Source: Nemertoderma westbladi
Lineage: Eukaryota; Animalia; Xenacoelomorpha
Reading direction: 5' to 3'
Assembly: GCA_032718475.1 (NCBI GenBank)
Contig: JAUCBJ010002401.1
Coordinates: 1 to 36,564, forward strand
Length of the DNA: 36,564 bases
The notes under the pieces are model-generated. The model ran no database searches and was not told the origin of the DNA. It worked only from the letters and a program-made list of their open reading frames with translations. Shown in pieces: positions 33,501-36,564 of this stretch (the first letter of the stretch is position 1; every line of letters begins with the position of its first letter). Position numbers and translations under genes: made by a program.

Positions 33501-36396
33501 TCGGGAAGGCCGGAGGCGGCAGAGTTGGCGAATGATGAGCGATTCGGGGAGGCGGGGGCGCGATTGAGACAGGCGAAATCACGGGTTTGGTCTTCTGATG
33601 TCGATGTCCGATAAGCGCGCTGGCTGAGAAGAGATGTTGCTTACGACGAAGGTTTCCAGAGTCGAGAATACTCGGCTTCACTCGTTTTACCGGGGACGTT
33701 TCCCATGATTGGCTGTTTGGCGTTGTTTCATTGGACATGTCCATCTGTGAGGTGGAGTCCGCCTCTATTTCTACTTTAATGGGTTTGATGAGGTCCGAAG
33801 GAATCTCTGGAGAGTGGGACCTCTTTAAACTTTCTTTAGATAATTTTGGTTCGATCATGCTGTAAGTAGTAAAGATATTGCACTGCTGTGGTCTGGATTC
33901 ACGTTGTGAGTCGAATTGATTCTCAGCCGGTTCACTTACTTCAGGGTGACTTGTCCCCTCTTGTTCCAGTGGGGGAGTGGAATTCCCAGATCGTAAAAGA
34001 AGGGTTTTATTTTCTTGCCTCTCGATTTTAGCTACATTGCTCTCAACTATACCTTCTACGGCATCACTCATTAGAGAGGGAGGAGGCAGGTTGTTAGACA
34101 CCACGTTTAGACTAGGCGTTGCTATGGAGTTGTACAGGGCTACCATATGGCCGTTGTACTGTTGGTATATGAGGGAGAGGTGGTTGTTTGGGGAGATAAG
34201 TGGGAATGTATTGGAAAAGTTCGGTGCGAACAAATTGGTAGGTTGTGTAACCGTGGGAACACTGGGTTGGGATGTTTGTTGGAATATGGGTAGTTGTTCG
34301 GGAGATTTCATAAGTGAGTTGTTAGCAACGCTACCGGTATTCAGGAAGGATTTTGTACATTTTTGACTCGACATGTGGCTGCTGTAACTCCCAGAGTGGC
34401 TGAACGTTTTGCAGCAGTTTTTGCACTGGAACGGCCGCTCACCTACAAAATAATTATAACACAAAATAATAATAAATGAATATTGTGACGTATGTGAGGC
34501 TATAAAAGCATTCTCACACTTAATATAAAAATTCACAAAGGGAAAATATGTAAATAAATGTAAAAATACAATGTTATGGTAAATATAGCCAAATATAAAA
34601 CTTGTCCAACATCTTTGTTGAACAAACAACAAAAGATATTTAGAAAAATTATAGCGGAAAAAGTTTTGTAGTGACTGACTGCACTCAAATAAAACTTGTA
34701 ATTCGTAATGAAAAATACCATATGCCATTGGTTCTTTTATACTAACCAGTATGTATTCGGAGATGCTCCTTTAGATGGTGTTTGTATTTGAAACATTTAT
34801 CGCAGAATGTGCAGGGGAATTTCCTGGCTTCGTTGGTGTGCGTCAGCATGTGACGCTGTAGTCGGTACGGGTTTAGGAAAGCCTTCCCACATTCCACACA
34901 TAACTAAAAGAAAATAGTATAGGTAAATAAATTAAAGCGTCACAGGCATCGAAGAGGGCCTAATTGTTTGCGCTATCGGAGCAGGGAATCGCAATGGGTT
35001 GCTATCACTTACAAATTCTTAGGCATCTCTCGCACCCGATTACAATAACGGAACACTTTCACAGAGATATGATGGCCCTTCAAGATTTAACAAATATGTT
35101 TAAGTTTGCCTAGACCACACTGATTGAATAGATTCCACAAACTATAATACATAATTTAGTAAAATAGTTTTGTATAACAGCTAAATGTTAAGATTGGTGG
35201 TACCTGATCTCTCGCGGGGTCATGGATGCTCAGATGTCTGAGTAATTGAGATTCCGCGACAAACTTGTAACCGCAGACGTGGCAGCTGTACTTGGTCGCA
35301 GCTCCCTCGCCATCCTCATGACGTAACTGCATGTGTTCCTTTAGCGAGGAGAATCTTCGATAGGTTTTGTCACAGAGCGGACACTTAATGGGTTCGCACT
35401 CGTCAGATTCTTCGTCAAACTTAAGAGAACAACCTAAATAATTATACGATTATAGATAAGTTAGTTATTTATAGTTACTGTTAAATATGAAATTTTTAAT
35501 AAATTATTTGCTTGCATTAAACTAATTAGCAATTAGCTTATGGATTTTACCCGAACAAAATTAAACTCACAAACTCAAATCAATCTAAATAATAAATAAT
35601 ACAACGTCATCGAATCAAATGTTAATAGGAAACAACCTTGTATATATATGGTATGTAAGTGTGAAAAAATTAATGGCGCAAAATGGTCGCAAATATAATG
35701 ACCATGTTTAGTGCGTGACATTTCTTTCAAAAATAAAGGGAAAAGAGCAGGTTACGGTGGAGGTGTTTTCAATCCAAAACAATAAAGGAAACTAGATTTC
35801 GTTTGCAATCCATTTTTTAGATAATTTTTTATCTTGCGACCATATTGTGCCACTATCTAGTGTAAAACGGATACCTGGGTCCTACTTGTACTTATTTAAG
35901 TATCCGTATCCGTACTTATCGTTGCCCTTGGGTAGGCTACACTTGCATCAATGTATTTATTTGTTGGAAAAAAGTTCGACTTTTTCCCTGGAACGCGAGT
36001 ATAAATCACTAAACATTACAATTTTGTTGAATCAGTGTGTTTTATGGAATGATGGTCTGTGAAAGTGGAGTTGGTCCTCTGACTGTGACTGTGAAGGTAG
36101 TGTTATAGTAGTTACTATAGTGTTATAGTAGTTACTGAAGCAATTCTGTAACTTTGCCTGTCGTTTGGCTATTGCTTGCCGAACATGGCTGGCTGGGGCA
36201 TGCAGGAGGTGCGCAGAGTAGTCTAGTCTACTAGTAGTTAGGTTACCTATACCTCACAAACTTACTGCACATTGATAGTAACTAAAGTAAGTGACTCACC
36301 GGATGTTGTGTCCGCAAATCTTAAAGTTGGTGAATGACTTTCTTCACATTTAATGTCATCTTTATCAATAACCGCTTGCTTGGCATTAAAATCCAT
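30559..36396 (-). CDS. ZEB: ZEB / zfh1 / zag-1 family two-cluster zinc-finger repressor, ~785 aa, 6 coding exons
   Basis: Exons 36396-36300, 35433-35204, 34903-34747, 34442-32796, 32346-32184 and 30622-30559 join in frame at GT-AG boundaries. N-cluster [46 protein letters not shown]...[16 protein letters not shown]; CtBP motifs PLDLS/PLNLS/PLDLS; C-cluster [16 protein letters not shown]...[19 protein letters not shown]...[10 protein letters not shown]. The first exon and start codon are the least certain. Confidence 0.92.
30716..32088 (+). mobile_element. 5'-truncated tRNA-type SINE in ZEB intron 5 (antisense to ZEB), internally expanded into a satellite
   Basis: B-box-like CTTCGAGCCC (~30726); core GGGTCCACTCA...GGGGTCGATAAAATGAGAACCAG resembling a conserved invertebrate SINE central domain (from recall); unique structured tail after the array (32030-32088). 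Confidence 0.65.
30807..32029. repeat. 36-bp satellite array, 34 copies (ATAGGAGTAGCGCCCACCCCTACCTTCGGGTAGCAG)
   Basis: 1223 bp = 34 x 36 minus a 1-bp deletion near 31325; no spacers. Confidence 0.98.
35736..35795 (-). repeat. Dispersed repeat fragment related to 25531-25583, in ZEB intron 1
   Basis: Reverse complement AGTTTCCTTTATTGTTTTGGATTGAAAACACCTCCACCGTAACCTGCTC vs AGTTTCGTTTATTGTTTTGGTTCCCCTAACACGCCGCTGTAACCTGCTC. Confidence 0.65.
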
Positions 36397-36564
36397 TGCT
36401 ATGTAAAGGCACTATGAATAAGGCACTAAATATTCGCAGACAGTATATAGATTTAGAAAAACAATTTACGAAAAGTTATGAAGCAAAATACCAATTAAAA
36501 CTACGGATGCAAAACTACTTAATGGATAGAAGTTTAGACTGGGCTGATTTATTCAACGCAACTC

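Noticed and set aside
34443-34728. Hydrophobic N-terminal ~95 aa of ORF 32791-34728
   Set aside because: Read-through into a ZEB intron; the exon begins at the acceptor at 34442.

Overview
AT-rich genomic DNA from an invertebrate animal (spliceosomal introns, metazoan genes and transposable elements); the species cannot be determined from the window. Host genes: two tandem intronless SLC13 Na+/carboxylate transporters (+, 14379-16124 and 21843-23567), a 3-coding-exon STYXL1 pseudophosphatase (+, 27442-28748) and a convergent 6-exon ZEB/zfh1 zinc-finger gene (-, 36396-30559). Mobile and repeat content: a BEL/Pao gag running off the left edge with a long repeat-rich leader; a 31-bp satellite; a 3.2-kb element with ~420-bp terminal inverted repeats enclosing a SAP-domain ORF and a decayed CRE-like reverse transcriptase; nested RTE / L2-Crack / Gypsy debris between the SLC13 copies; tRNA-SINE fragments; and a 36-bp UUCG-hairpin satellite grown inside a SINE in the last ZEB intron. 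Best leads: the TIR-bounded SAP+RT element, a copy of the STYXL1 upstream region in front of SLC13 copy 2, CDS-limited homogenisation of the SLC13 pair, and a ZEB with an apparently decayed homeodomain. All alignments and identities were judged by eye.
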